From positions 45,800 through 109,799 of the forward strand of contig JAWKRR010000015.1 in assembly GCA_041389525.1 (NCBI GenBank): a stretch of 64,000 nt of DNA, written 5' to 3'. The stretch is from Myxococcota bacterium (GTDB taxonomy: Bacteria; Myxococcota_A; UBA9042; PHBI01; JACKFB01). The notes below the pieces were generated by a model. That model was given only the letters and a program-made list of their open reading frames with translations, was not told the origin of the DNA and did not search any database. Position 1 is the first letter of the stretch, and each line of letters starts with the position of its first letter. Position numbers and translations under genes: made by a program. This document shows positions 23,101 to 31,500 of the stretch, piece by piece.

Positions 23101-23441
23101 CGGCGGCCAAGCCGGGCAACACCGAGCTGTGTTCGACTGCCTTCGACGATAACTGCAACAGCAGCATCAACGAGGACGGCGCGTCGGGCTGCGCAAACCG
23201 CTGGTTCGACAACGACGGCGACGGTTCCGGTGTCGGTTCCCCGCTCTGCAAGTGCCAGCCTAGCGCTGCGCCTTGGACGGGTACCGCGGCGGGCGACTGC
23301 AACGACGGCAACAGCTCCATCAAGCCTGGCGTGACCGAGGTCTGTGATGGCGTCGACAATGACTGCGACGGTTTGACCGACACCGCGGATGTCTCCGCCG
23401 CCACCATGCGGCACGCCGTCCCAGTCGATCCCCGGCTGTAA
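14133..23441 (+). CDS. giant secreted lipoprotein (about 3100 aa) with Myxococcus cysteine-rich (CxxDxC) repeats, lamin-tail domain, two proprotein-convertase P-domains, PPC-like domain and C-terminal MopE-like DNDCDG repeats
   Basis: Lipoprotein signal peptide (MMLVVALALVTAGCE). More than 30 repeats of the CDDGDPCTTDTC / ACTIDSC type. Lamin-tail-domain motif at about aa 390-470 (LVINEIMVAPGN...EWFEIYN). Two P-domain-like segments (HVKITMHPTQKIGWLRIQLKHGGR...WQLFV and VFVRADVSHDNLGELTVKLFSPD...). Repeated CxxGxCC modules. C-terminal CDGVDNDCDG repeats. Confidence 0.8.
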   Translation: MKGWLRFIGHSGMMLVVALALVTAGCEQEPTTSSPGPLSASAAETETSDAPGTAALTAANSPTVKFTSPPANKSFTVGDSVVATITVSNATLGTGAGEYKIQYFLDGAPVGAAVTTAASFTYGALTLGRRHLAVALVDQAGEFLPNPESLNSLYIKMKTTCAKATDCEEGLACSAQACTSNVCNWGPIQNCCDHDLECAFGSFCVAGKCNECLDNSHCDDGDPCTTDTCGVSGSCFHDTIPGCCNVLNDKRCNDNDACTIDSCNVGSLTCENVSNGNPLCCNTAADCTATDPCLARLCYVNTKTGEHRCRYGPQELGCCTSNAQCADSNPCTLDQCEYSNPGDDKGSCTHEPDPGKPICCLSKADCDDGDLSTLDTCVANACVHTDDPTYCSLPSTSGLVINEIMVAPGNIDDALGEWFEIYNSTSQPINIAGYTISTDAGQTHTITAANAVSGPPTGLLVQSKSYYVLARNVDSTLNGGFKPNYQYLNITFPDKFESGADVTRTLTLKDASGTVIDSVTYNTATWPSQNGRSYALTHPYVDNSVVGNWRAAGTNKNSAKNIKYGASANNLYGSPKNLNSDIFLGVLDPVNCDEPQASTCAEGRCGVDNHCAYTAAAGCCTSNADCNDFDACTTDSCNIATNTCNPPVVDPLCCKANSDCNDNDPCNVDRCIGGTCRYSGSVIPGCCVNNAGCDDDNACTIDACDTVAKVCKAATPVVLPGGAQCCTGPSDCDDGSPATIDICDFNNDPPSCISAPDPDYCNQASDPCDDGLACTSDSCDVGAQRCRHELLPGCCAVNADCPSDNNPCTAESCDKATGNCQSIPVVGCCLSDNACDDGNVCTVDSCGAGNVCHHLPVQGCCQSASDCDDGLPCTTDTCSGNVCTHQNQSACCTPGASQAVLVGQCGPDPDGPATCLQWECTVAGECNLLQNANCCAVSADCDDGDPCTTDLCQANKTCKHLQTTSGGCCVLNSNCPNADGNSCTAPFCDAGLCTETAIPGCSPPIVPPVGGGPGGGDPGTDPSSCWISTTAGFLGPDEHAACIGLGHVVGAGAVLSSFGFAPKNADDATVQFNMAWNNGPGTHSITVMATAVQGNFASAEVLEVVDASGSNPGTQYTLSLSNSMLAQNQVWIGWRVDSDTPDNVDVAVDDFIVGTGHAPFFVGALQADKTYDRSADQLADGGTIISALGDTKVKTFWAHDVEWNAQTLTFELLDAPSFVTVKNIAKMSLWGVWQAQIQVKPTTPAHIGTYSVRLRVSDGAFTTTLPIQVQVTLGSGYVLWAPGGAAADGDALATGLDAANITYQRVTSLSQVADFSQVRALFISGGGASSKHIFTNSEVAAAVAFSEAGGHIYMEGSATFAEDPQTALQAKMQVALVTQDGGVFGPMAGSWFHHPHTWAYSSDVSYYNDVDHIAPKPASNARKVLSHVADGAAIAVASEDGTTGGRTYATSLLYSKLAADGAAPAAFLVDVLDYFENGFGGCTVNAGCDDGDPCTIDSCVGGQCQNSHDANCTSCQADSDCPGDQICKPNGDCEDPPGDEEGGGGPTPQDFNCNQTDEIIDLVKTTNGFKLIDDVQTHVKITMHPTQKIGWLRIQLKHGGRVVSLLEPDPSVTTNVLDATFDLGRLPAAGSMNDFDGTMLQGDWVLSVENTKGGQKCGTVDEWQLFVTSIVPPACTLDSECDNGQACDGLETCNAGTCQAGTPLDCNDANPCTVDTCDSGAGGGGGACDNTERASSCAGAPCSGGNSIDAGDGECGLLDACVGGLNGAAGVCTVVCPTCTVGHSGAVETSFNDFQCVTALVNLTAPNQYVSQVFVRADVSHDNLGELTVKLFSPDNSSGTLLNLQGNGLADFHSTWPFSNPTPNLCSMAGVAATGLWKVQVCDTGLGNTGILHSASVWVESQVADPSAGQTCANALVIPADGDPHTVVGTTACFADSTQGSCSGGDGHDVVHSVTLLSRQRVRATLATPTFNGALYATNSCASGSYACQDTQPAGGLESLDVHLDPGTWFLVVDALDENQDGAYTLDVQVTDLIPNGGTCTDGLDCNSGHCQNGFCCGSGNCCNVIADCPASHSAASVCNSATTCQGFRVDATCIANKCGSKNTADDSGCDTATVAKDCGLVAPLYCTGEQVQDPAQPCPPGCAFDDANCAAGAHCFEGTELCRVDLPNGSACERDGHCESDQCVDGFCCDSPCDGSCEQCDKAGSIGTCSLSAAGTDPADDCPGTGICGGLCDGAGGCGFTPTTTSCGPCLRCDGAGACSVGQPANTDPDDTCSTCQVCNGLTGGAAACVPVASGQDPIDDCSPQGATTCGRTGVCNGSGACENFPAATPCIAQTCTLGFRDPVHLCDGAGTPTSCVDPPDEFCGGLACTADGLDCRTNCTQDSECITGYYCDNPGPTGTCLSKLGNGEACSADNECTTNFCTDGVCCVSACAGACRRCDVVGDGTCTLHPFPTDPETGCGSYWCNGTGACNVTCSVDSDCKAFHFCNGTTCEPKAGLGGPCTADNQCSQGVCNLADGVCCDGPCSRTCESCKLAGFEGTCTIISAGQDPDEECAGSGACGGACDGNPNGGSCSFPLAGTDCGNCKTCNGGGSCTTVPANSDPNNSCGVCQTCNGTGGCKNVPFGTDFHDDCTASAQTTCGLDGQCDGNAACDFWGSGAVVTPASCSAGVLSLADTCDGNGATVDGGTQSCAPYICASGTACRTTCASHSDCATGNFCDFNDLDGDGRTNDCVPKRLNGQQCHLGAPFECLNGTCNNGGICCGGGGDCCTNAGSCTHQAVPPACSSAAPGGCSGFRKDAFCNASNVCAVTGSISDPSACASNACDAAKCVGLTFTAQKFCNATGGCTVGGTVFSCNDGNPCTTDSCNTGGTCGHVNDNTQTVVCYEGPAGTRSVGQCQDGLRPCIDGLTGACNGQVLPATETCNAPGSKVDEDCDGATDEEGAAGCVIYFKDVDGDGFGISGTGNAKCLCVPDNTFRALVPGDCDDNNPAAKPGNTELCSTAFDDNCNSSINEDGASGCANRWFDNDGDGSGVGSPLCKCQPSAAPWTGTAAGDCNDGNSSIKPGVTEVCDGVDNDCDGLTDTADVSAATMRHAVPVDPRL

Positions 23442-24036
23442 CGGGTCGTGCTACATCGCGGGCTGCAACGCCACCTACTTCGACGTGGACGGCGTGTTCA
23501 GCAACGGCTGCGAGGCCAGACCTGACGCGCAGGACATCTCCGGCGTCGGCAACTTCTGCGCCAACGACGGCAACAGCATCTTGATCGCCAACCCGCTGAA
23601 CACCACCCCCACGGGTGAGTTCTACAGCGCGGTGAACACGATTCTGCCCGCCGGTGACGTGGACTGGTACCGCATCTGGGTTGACGACAACGGCAACGAC
23701 GGCGCGGGCTACAGCTTCCAGGTCGACCTGACTACCAACTCCGGTACCGCACCTGGTGACTTCGTGTTCGACCTCTACGAGGACAACTGCTCGAACTCGG
23801 TTTGCGGCAACACGCGGTCGTACAGCTTCAAGACGAACTTCAACTACGCCACATCTGGCTGTACGTCGGGCTCGCCTTGCGGAAATCAGAACTGTAGCGC
23901 CTCCGGGAACAACCACTGCGACATGCCTGCGCAGGCTGACTCCTGGTACTACGTGAAGGTCTACCGTCGCGCTGGAGCGCCGGCGGTGGGTACGAACACG
24001 TACCAGCTCCGGTTCCGCGGCGGCTATACGTTCTAG
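23389..24036 (+). CDS. pre-peptidase C-terminal (PPC) domain ORF in the +1 frame; probable C-terminal continuation of the giant protein across a frameshift
   Basis: No signal peptide or plausible independent start. It begins Cys-rich (CGTPSQSIPGCNGSCYIAGCNATYF), continuing the upstream repeat style. It contains the PPC-type motif AGDVDWYRIWVDDNGNDGAGYSFQVD. It overlaps the giant ORF end by 53 nt. Confidence 0.5.
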   Translation: MSPPPPCGTPSQSIPGCNGSCYIAGCNATYFDVDGVFSNGCEARPDAQDISGVGNFCANDGNSILIANPLNTTPTGEFYSAVNTILPAGDVDWYRIWVDDNGNDGAGYSFQVDLTTNSGTAPGDFVFDLYEDNCSNSVCGNTRSYSFKTNFNYATSGCTSGSPCGNQNCSASGNNHCDMPAQADSWYYVKVYRRAGAPAVGTNTYQLRFRGGYTF

Positions 24037-24074
24037 CCCGACGCGGTCCCCCCCGAGGGAGTCGATTCAGGCGA

Positions 24075-24115
24075 GGGCCGGATCTCCGAGAGGAGGTCCG
24101 GCCCTTCGCTTTGTG
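24075..24115 (+). terminator. rho-independent terminator-like hairpin (GGGCCGGA-N14-TCCGGCCC then TTCGCTTTGTG) downstream of the giant gene
   Basis: An 8-bp GC-rich stem followed by a T-rich tract, about 40 nt after the stop of the PPC ORF. Confidence 0.4.
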
Positions 24116-24238
24116 CGCCCGGCATTGCCGCTGACTTGGAGGTTCAAGTCCTCGCCCAAGCAGGCCACTGCAAGGGAAGCGCAGCGAAAGAGCGCGAGGG
24201 CGACCGACCGTCTGGAGGAAGCGCGAGGCCGTGAGCCG

Positions 24239-25250
24239 ATGGACGAGAACGGGATACGAGGGCTACGGACCGGGGCGAGCGCGCAAGGGATCGCGAAGCT
24301 CCAGTGGCCAAGGGGAGGCGTCGACGGCGCCCGAAGAGACGAAAGGCTCCGGAGCGAGCGGCCTCGTGGAGTGGGGGTTGAGTCGCTCCAGGAGGTTCGC
24401 CACGCGCAAGGTACGTCCAGGCAGGCCGTCGCGAGGTGGTCGACGTGGACCTGGAGCGGTGCTTCGACCGCGTCCGCCACGAGGGTCTGACGGGGAAGTT
24501 GGCCAAGGGGATCGCGGACGAGACGATGCTCAGCTCATCCGCGGCTATCCCCAGGCCGGCGTCATGTCCGGCGGGGTGGTGACGGAGCGGCACAGGGGAA
24601 CGCCGTAGGGCGGGCCACGGTCGCCGCTGCTCGCCCACGTGCTCCTCGACGCAGTCGACACGGAGTGGGAGAAACGAGGGTACGCGTTCGTGCGCTACGC
24701 CGACGACTGCAACGTCTACGGGCGGTCCAAGCGGGCGGGCGAGCGGATCATGGCGCTGATGCGTCGGCTCTTCGAGTAGCTCCGGCTTCGCCGGAACGAG
24801 GCGAAGAGCGCCGTGGCGCGAGTGTGGGATCGGAAGTTCCTCGGCTTCACCTTCAGCGTTGCCCGGGGCAAGAAGATCCGGCCTCGCGTGGTGAGCAGGG
24901 GCCTTGCGGTGGTGAGGGATCGGGTGCGGCGCCTGACACGGCGCGACTGCGGGCAGAGCCTCGGACAGGTGGTTGAGGACCTCCGGCCGTACCTACTCGG
25001 TTGGCGAGCGCAATCCGGCCGCGCTGCGACGCCTCGCGTCTTCCGGGACCTGGACCCATGGATCCGCCATCGGCTCCGCGGGATCCAACTCGGGCAATGG
25101 GTACGGAGTCGGACAACCTACCGCGAGCTGATAGCAGTCGGGTGGCGACCCGAGGTGGGCCGCCACCGTCGCGGCCAACACCCGCCGCTGGTGGCGGAAT
25201 GGCGGGCTGGCGCTTCATCACGCCCTTCCAAACCGTCGGTTCGACGAGCC
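24239..25250 (+). pseudogene. degraded group II intron reverse transcriptase/maturase (frameshifts, two in-frame TAG codons, internal deletion of RT fingers region)
   Basis: RT motifs are spread over three frames: VVDVDLERCFDRVRHE; LIRGYPQAGVMSGGVVTERHRGTP, then TAG, then GGPRSPLLAHVLLD; YADDCNVYGRSKRAGERIMALMRRLFE, then TAG, then LRLRRNEAKSAVARVWDRKFLGFTF. Maturase domain X is present (LRPYLLGWRAQ...DPWIRHRLRGIQLGQWVRSRTTYRELIAVG). The segment GTY-to-VVDxDL that normally spans about 75 aa is missing. Confidence 0.7.
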
Positions 25251-25576
25251 TGGACTACCCAGGCTCGCCGCGTAGCCTCAGGCGCTCGAGCCGCCCCGTG
25301 CGGCCCCGCATGCCGGGTGGTGTGGGAGGGAAGCGGCGGGGATCACCCGTCGCCCCTGTTCCGATTCGGGGCTCGGCTTCGCTACGCGGTGAGGCGTGGC
25401 GCCTGGCCGACGGGACGGCCGCGGTGGCCGGGGGCTCTGGTCGGTCGGCGCCCAGACGCCCCTGACCGCGGGGCTCGTTCAGCGTCGCCTCTTTTGCTCG
25501 CCGCCGCTGGCCCTGCGTGGCAGCCTTGCCCGCACCGGACGCTGTTGAGGGCGTCAACGACAGGGAGCGATCACGC

Positions 25577-26011
25577 ATGGCTGACCAAGCGCCGACCACA
25601 GCGGAAAACCCGCCCACCCGAATCGCCCATATCGGTATCGCGGTCCGCTCGCTGGACGAGGTCCTGCCCTTCTACGCGGGGGCGCTCGGGCTGGTAGTCA
25701 GCGAAGTGCTGGAGCTGCCAGAGCGCGGCCTGCGGGTGGCGATGATCCCCTGCGGCGAGGCCTTGATCGAGCTGATGGAGCCGCTCGGCGCGGACTCGCA
25801 GATCGGCGCGTTCTTGGAGAAGCGGGGACCAGGGATTCATCATCTCTGCCTCGAGGTCGAGGACATCGACGCCAAGCTGGCGGCGCTGGATGGCGCGGGA
25901 GTCGCCCTGGTCTCCAAGCGCGCGGAGATCGGCGCCGAGGGGTGCCCCGTGGCGTTCATTCATCCTCGCGCGACCGGCGGCGTGCTGCTGGAGCTGCTCG
26001 AGCAGCGGTAG
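25577..26011 (+). CDS. mce: methylmalonyl-CoA epimerase / glyoxalase-family (VOC) protein
   Basis: About 145 aa VOC fold (IAHIGIAVRSLDEVLPFY...GIHHLCLEVEDIDA) typical of methylmalonyl-CoA epimerases. Start moved to the internal ATG at 25577. Confidence 0.7.
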   Translation: MADQAPTTAENPPTRIAHIGIAVRSLDEVLPFYAGALGLVVSEVLELPERGLRVAMIPCGEALIELMEPLGADSQIGAFLEKRGPGIHHLCLEVEDIDAKLAALDGAGVALVSKRAEIGAEGCPVAFIHPRATGGVLLELLEQR

Positions 26012-26169
26012 CGGCAGCGCGCGCACGCAGGGGCCAGAGCGTCGAGGGGCCCGCGGGCGCGGCGGCGTCCCGGGCGGTCGCGCCTCGCGCGCGCACGCAG
26101 GATGAGGGCCGGGGCGTCGTGCGAACTCCGGAAACCGGCAGCTAGCAGGCGGACGCGGCGCTTGGGACC

Positions 26170-26213
26170 CAGAAACACGAAGGCCCCCAACAGTTGCCTG
26201 CTTGGGGGCCTTC
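26170..26213 (-). terminator. rho-independent terminator of groESL
   Basis: Perfect 12-bp stem GAAGGCCCCCAA / TTGGGGGCCTTC with an 11-nt loop immediately downstream of the groEL stop. Followed on the minus strand by GTGTTTCT. Confidence 0.5.
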
Positions 26214-26235
26214 GAACGTCTCGGCAGACGGCGGA

Positions 26236-27903
<1,668 letters not shown>

Positions 27904-28010
27904 CTAGCTTTCGAGGGGGGCCGACTGACGGCCGCCCTGTGGTTTGGTCTGGCGACGGGCCATGCCCGACTCGCCGTTGGTCGCTGAAACGCTCAACCGA
28001 GAGGTCGGGC

Positions 28011-28298
28011 CTACTCGATGATCCCGAGGATGTCCTCTTCACGCATGATGAGGTGCTCCTCGCCGTCGAGCTTGACCTCCGTACCCGCGTACTTGCTGAA
28101 GAGGACGACGTCGCCGCTCTTCACAGTGAGGGGGCGCAACTCGCCGTTCTTGAGGATCTTGCCGTTGCCGGCCGCGACGACGCGACCCTTGACGGGCTTC
28201 TCCTTGGCGGTGTCGGGGATGATGATGCCGCCGCGCGAACGCTCTTCCTCTTCGACGCGCTGCACGAGCACGCGATCTTGAAGGGGTCTAATCTTCAT
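28011..28298 (-). CDS. groS: co-chaperonin GroES (10 kDa)
   Basis: [35 protein letters not shown]...; 95 aa. The ORF track's upstream extension is not used. Confidence 0.95.
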   Translation of the reverse strand: MKIRPLQDRVLVQRVEEEERSRGGIIIPDTAKEKPVKGRVVAAGNGKILKNGELRPLTVKSGDVVLFSKYAGTEVKLDGEEHLIMREEDILGIIE

Positions 28299-28547
28299 GC
28301 CTTCCTCCTCGGGGGGGTCGGGGGCGAAATGTTTGGTAAGCAGTTTGGGTGCCGAAACGCCCGGAACACGGGGCCTCGGGCGCCGAAGGGTAGACACATC
28401 GCGGCACCCGTCAACCGGGCGCCGAACTTTTTGTGGTCGCCATCGCCCTCGGCCCGTCGCGGACCCGCTCTCCTGGCAACTGAGCGGGCGCCGGCCTATA
28501 CTTTTCGCCGGTTGGTCACGCAGTTTTCGACGGAGAGGTGCATCCGC

Positions 28548-31500
28548 ATGTCCAGACCCCGACCCAGACGTCTTTGGTACGCGCTGGCCGCCTTGTCATT
28601 GTTGGTCGCCTGCGGCGGTGGCGAAGCGGGCGTGGAGACCCTGCACCTGGAGATAAGCTCCGACGCGCCCGCGGGCGGGCAGCAGCTTCAAGAGGTTCGG
28701 CTCCTCTTCATCCAGCAGGACGAAGACGGGAAGTTCGTCCGATACCCGGCCTCGCTCGGGGACTCGGAGTTCGAGCGACCTGTCGTGGCAGGCGAGTTCG
28801 ACCCCGTCGCGGCGCCGGTCCTCATCAAGATCCAGTACGGTGCGGCGACCTTTGCGGCGTCGTCTGCGCCCGTGCGGGTCCAGGTCACCGGGCGCGCCGG
28901 CGGACGGGTCGCGACCTCGTACGAGGGGGTGGTGGACCTCACGCAGGCCACGACGATCAAGGTGCACCTCGCCGTGCTGAACCCCGTCTGCGACGTCGAC
29001 AACGACGGGTTCGTCGACTGCGGCGTCGAGGGGTGCTGCGACGGCCCCTCACCGCTCGCTGACTGCGAGCCCAACGTCGCGACGGCGAACCCGTGGGCCC
29101 GCGAAGATCCCTGCGCCGACTGCAACGACGGCATCGACCAGGACTGCCAAGGTGATGACGCGAAGTGCGAGGACGCCGACAACGACGGCGTCTTCGACTG
29201 TCTGGAGCTGGACGCCAAGTGCGGTCTGGGTGATCCGAACGTCGGGCCCGGGCTGCCCGAGCTGTGCGACGGCCGCGACAACGACTGCGACTCCTCCACC
29301 GATGAAGGGTTCGCGTACCAGGTCGGCGGGGTCAACCTGCCGCCCGGCGCGGCCTGCGGCGTCGGCGAATGCGCCGGGGGGACCGTCGAGTGCGAAGCCA
29401 ACGGCCTCAGCGTCGTGTGCTCGAGCGCCGGGAAGGTCACCACCGAGGTCTGCGGCGACGGCAAGGACAACGACTGCGACGGCGCCACCGATGAGGAGTG
29501 CACCTCGGCCGACCTCGACGGCGACGGGTTCACGAAAGAGCAGGGCGACTGCAACGACTTCGACTCGGGCCGCTTCCCAGGCGCGCCCGAGAAGTGTTGT
29601 CCGGCGGTGCTCAAGGACACGCCGACCGCGGTCACCCAGTGCGACAAGGACTGCAGCGGTGACGTGAAAGAGGCTCAGTTCTGCGCGGTCAACGACCTGG
29701 ACGGCGACGGGTACTCCCCGCCGAACGACTGCGACGATAACGACCCTTTTGTCTATCCCGGGGCCCCCGAGAAGTGCGGCGACGGTGTGGACCAGGATTG
29801 CTTCGCGGATGACCTCCCCTGCGAGGGGGTGGAAGACGCGGATGGCGATCACTGGAGCCCGCCGGCGGACTGCAATGATGAGGACCCCGGGACCAATCCG
29901 GCGGCGGCTGAGCTGTGCGACCGGATCGACAACAACTGCAATGGGCTGACCGACGAGGGGAACCCGGGAACGGATGGCTCGGGCGCGTGTGGCAGCGATG
30001 TGGGCCAGTGCAAGCTGGGCACGCGCGTCTGCGTGGCCGTCGCGGGGCCGACCTACGAGCCGGGTGACGTGGTGTGCATCGGCGACACGGTGCCCGCCGA
30101 CGAGCGGTGCAATGGCCTCGATGACGACTGCGACGGGAAGACCGACGAGGAGTTCACGTGGGCTGGCCTACCTGTAGACGCCTCGTGCGATGGCGTCGGG
30201 GAGTGCGGGCAGGGGATCGTCGAGTGCTTGCCCGATGAGATGGGGGCGACCTGTTCGTCCAACGCGGACGGTTCGGCGCCGGAGGTCGCGGTCGAGAGCT
30301 GCGACGGCGAAGACGACGACTGCGACGGCACCACCGACGAGGCGCTGACCGATTACGCAGCTTCTACCTGCCTCACGGCGGGTGTGTGCGGCACCAAGGC
30401 AGGCGGGGCCTTCGTGGCCAAGGCGGTGTGTCGGGTTGACCCGAAGGGCGCGACGCTTCCGGGCTGGGACTGCGACTACACGACGGTCTCCACCTTTGAG
30501 GCGGACACCGAGACGAGCTGTGACGGCCTGGACAACGACTGCGACGGCGGGACCGACGACGAGTTCAAGATCGGCGCGGGCTGCGACGGCGACGACGCCG
30601 ACGAGTGCAAGAACGGCGTGCTGGTCTGCGACGGAGCCGACCCGACTCACGCGATCTGCGACGAGTCGAACAGCGCCAACGTCAAGGAGAGCTGCGACGG
30701 CGCGGACAACGACTGCGACGGCCAGACCGACGAGGATTTCAAGCCCGGATTGGCGGCGACCGACCCCACGCTGGCGTACGACGGCGGGGCCTACGCGGCG
30801 GACGCAGGGCTGTATCTGTCGGAGTCCTGCGGGACGGGGCTGTGCGCGGGCGGCACGGTGGTGTGCGACCCTCAGGACCCGAAGCGGCTGACCTGCACGA
30901 GCGCGGGTGCCGCCAAGCTCGAGACCTGCGATGGCGTGGACCAGGACTGTAACGGCGCGACCGACAACGGTTTCGATGTCGGGGCGGACTGCGGGATCGG
31001 CGCGTGCGTGGGCGGAAAGAAGGAGTGCGTCCCCGGGGGCGCTGGGACGAAGTGCGACTCGATGCCGGCCGGCGCGACTCAGCTGCTCACCGGGTCGAAG
31101 TCGAAGAGCAGCGCCGAGATCTGCGACAACATCGACAACGACTGCGACGCGCAGACCGACGAGCAGCTGACGGCGGACAAGCCCGCGGGCTTGCTGGCTG
31201 CGGGCTGCAACCCCGCCGGTGTGTGTGGCGAGGCGGGCCAGACGAGCGCGCTGTGTACGGCGGGGGTGTGGACGTGCACCTACTCCAGCGTCAACTACAG
31301 CAAGGACGGCGAGCTGGATTGGTGCGACGCGCTCGACAACAACTGCGATGGCTCGACCGACGAGGACTACGGGCAGGACGGCACGGTCACCTACCTCGAG
31401 CCGGACGGAAACACCGAGCGCGTGTTGGCCGATGGCTGCGGTTTCGGCAAGTGCGCCGGCGGCGTGACCACGTGTGCGCCGTCCAAGGACGCGCTGATGT

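Noticed and set aside
15594-23414. 2606-aa ORF on the minus strand, antisense to the giant gene
   Set aside because: Arg/Ala/Gly/Val-rich translation with no domain signatures. This is a typical stop-codon-poor shadow frame in 70% GC DNA. The sense strand carries an obviously real, motif-rich protein.
24113-25697. Possibility that the reverse transcriptase belongs to a DGR, retron or defence-associated RT system targeting the PPC domain of the giant protein
   Set aside because: Domain X maturase motifs (YLLGWRAQ...WIRHRLRG...WVRSRTTYRELIAVG) and the YADD block are group II-specific. No template/variable repeat pair was seen. The gene is heavily decayed.
28299-28547. CIRCE (TTAGCACTC-N9-GAGTGCTAA) HrcA operator upstream of groES
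   Set aside because: No match to the CIRCE consensus was visible. Only a sigma-70-like TTGACG-N16-TACCCT candidate was found, which was too weak to report as a feature.
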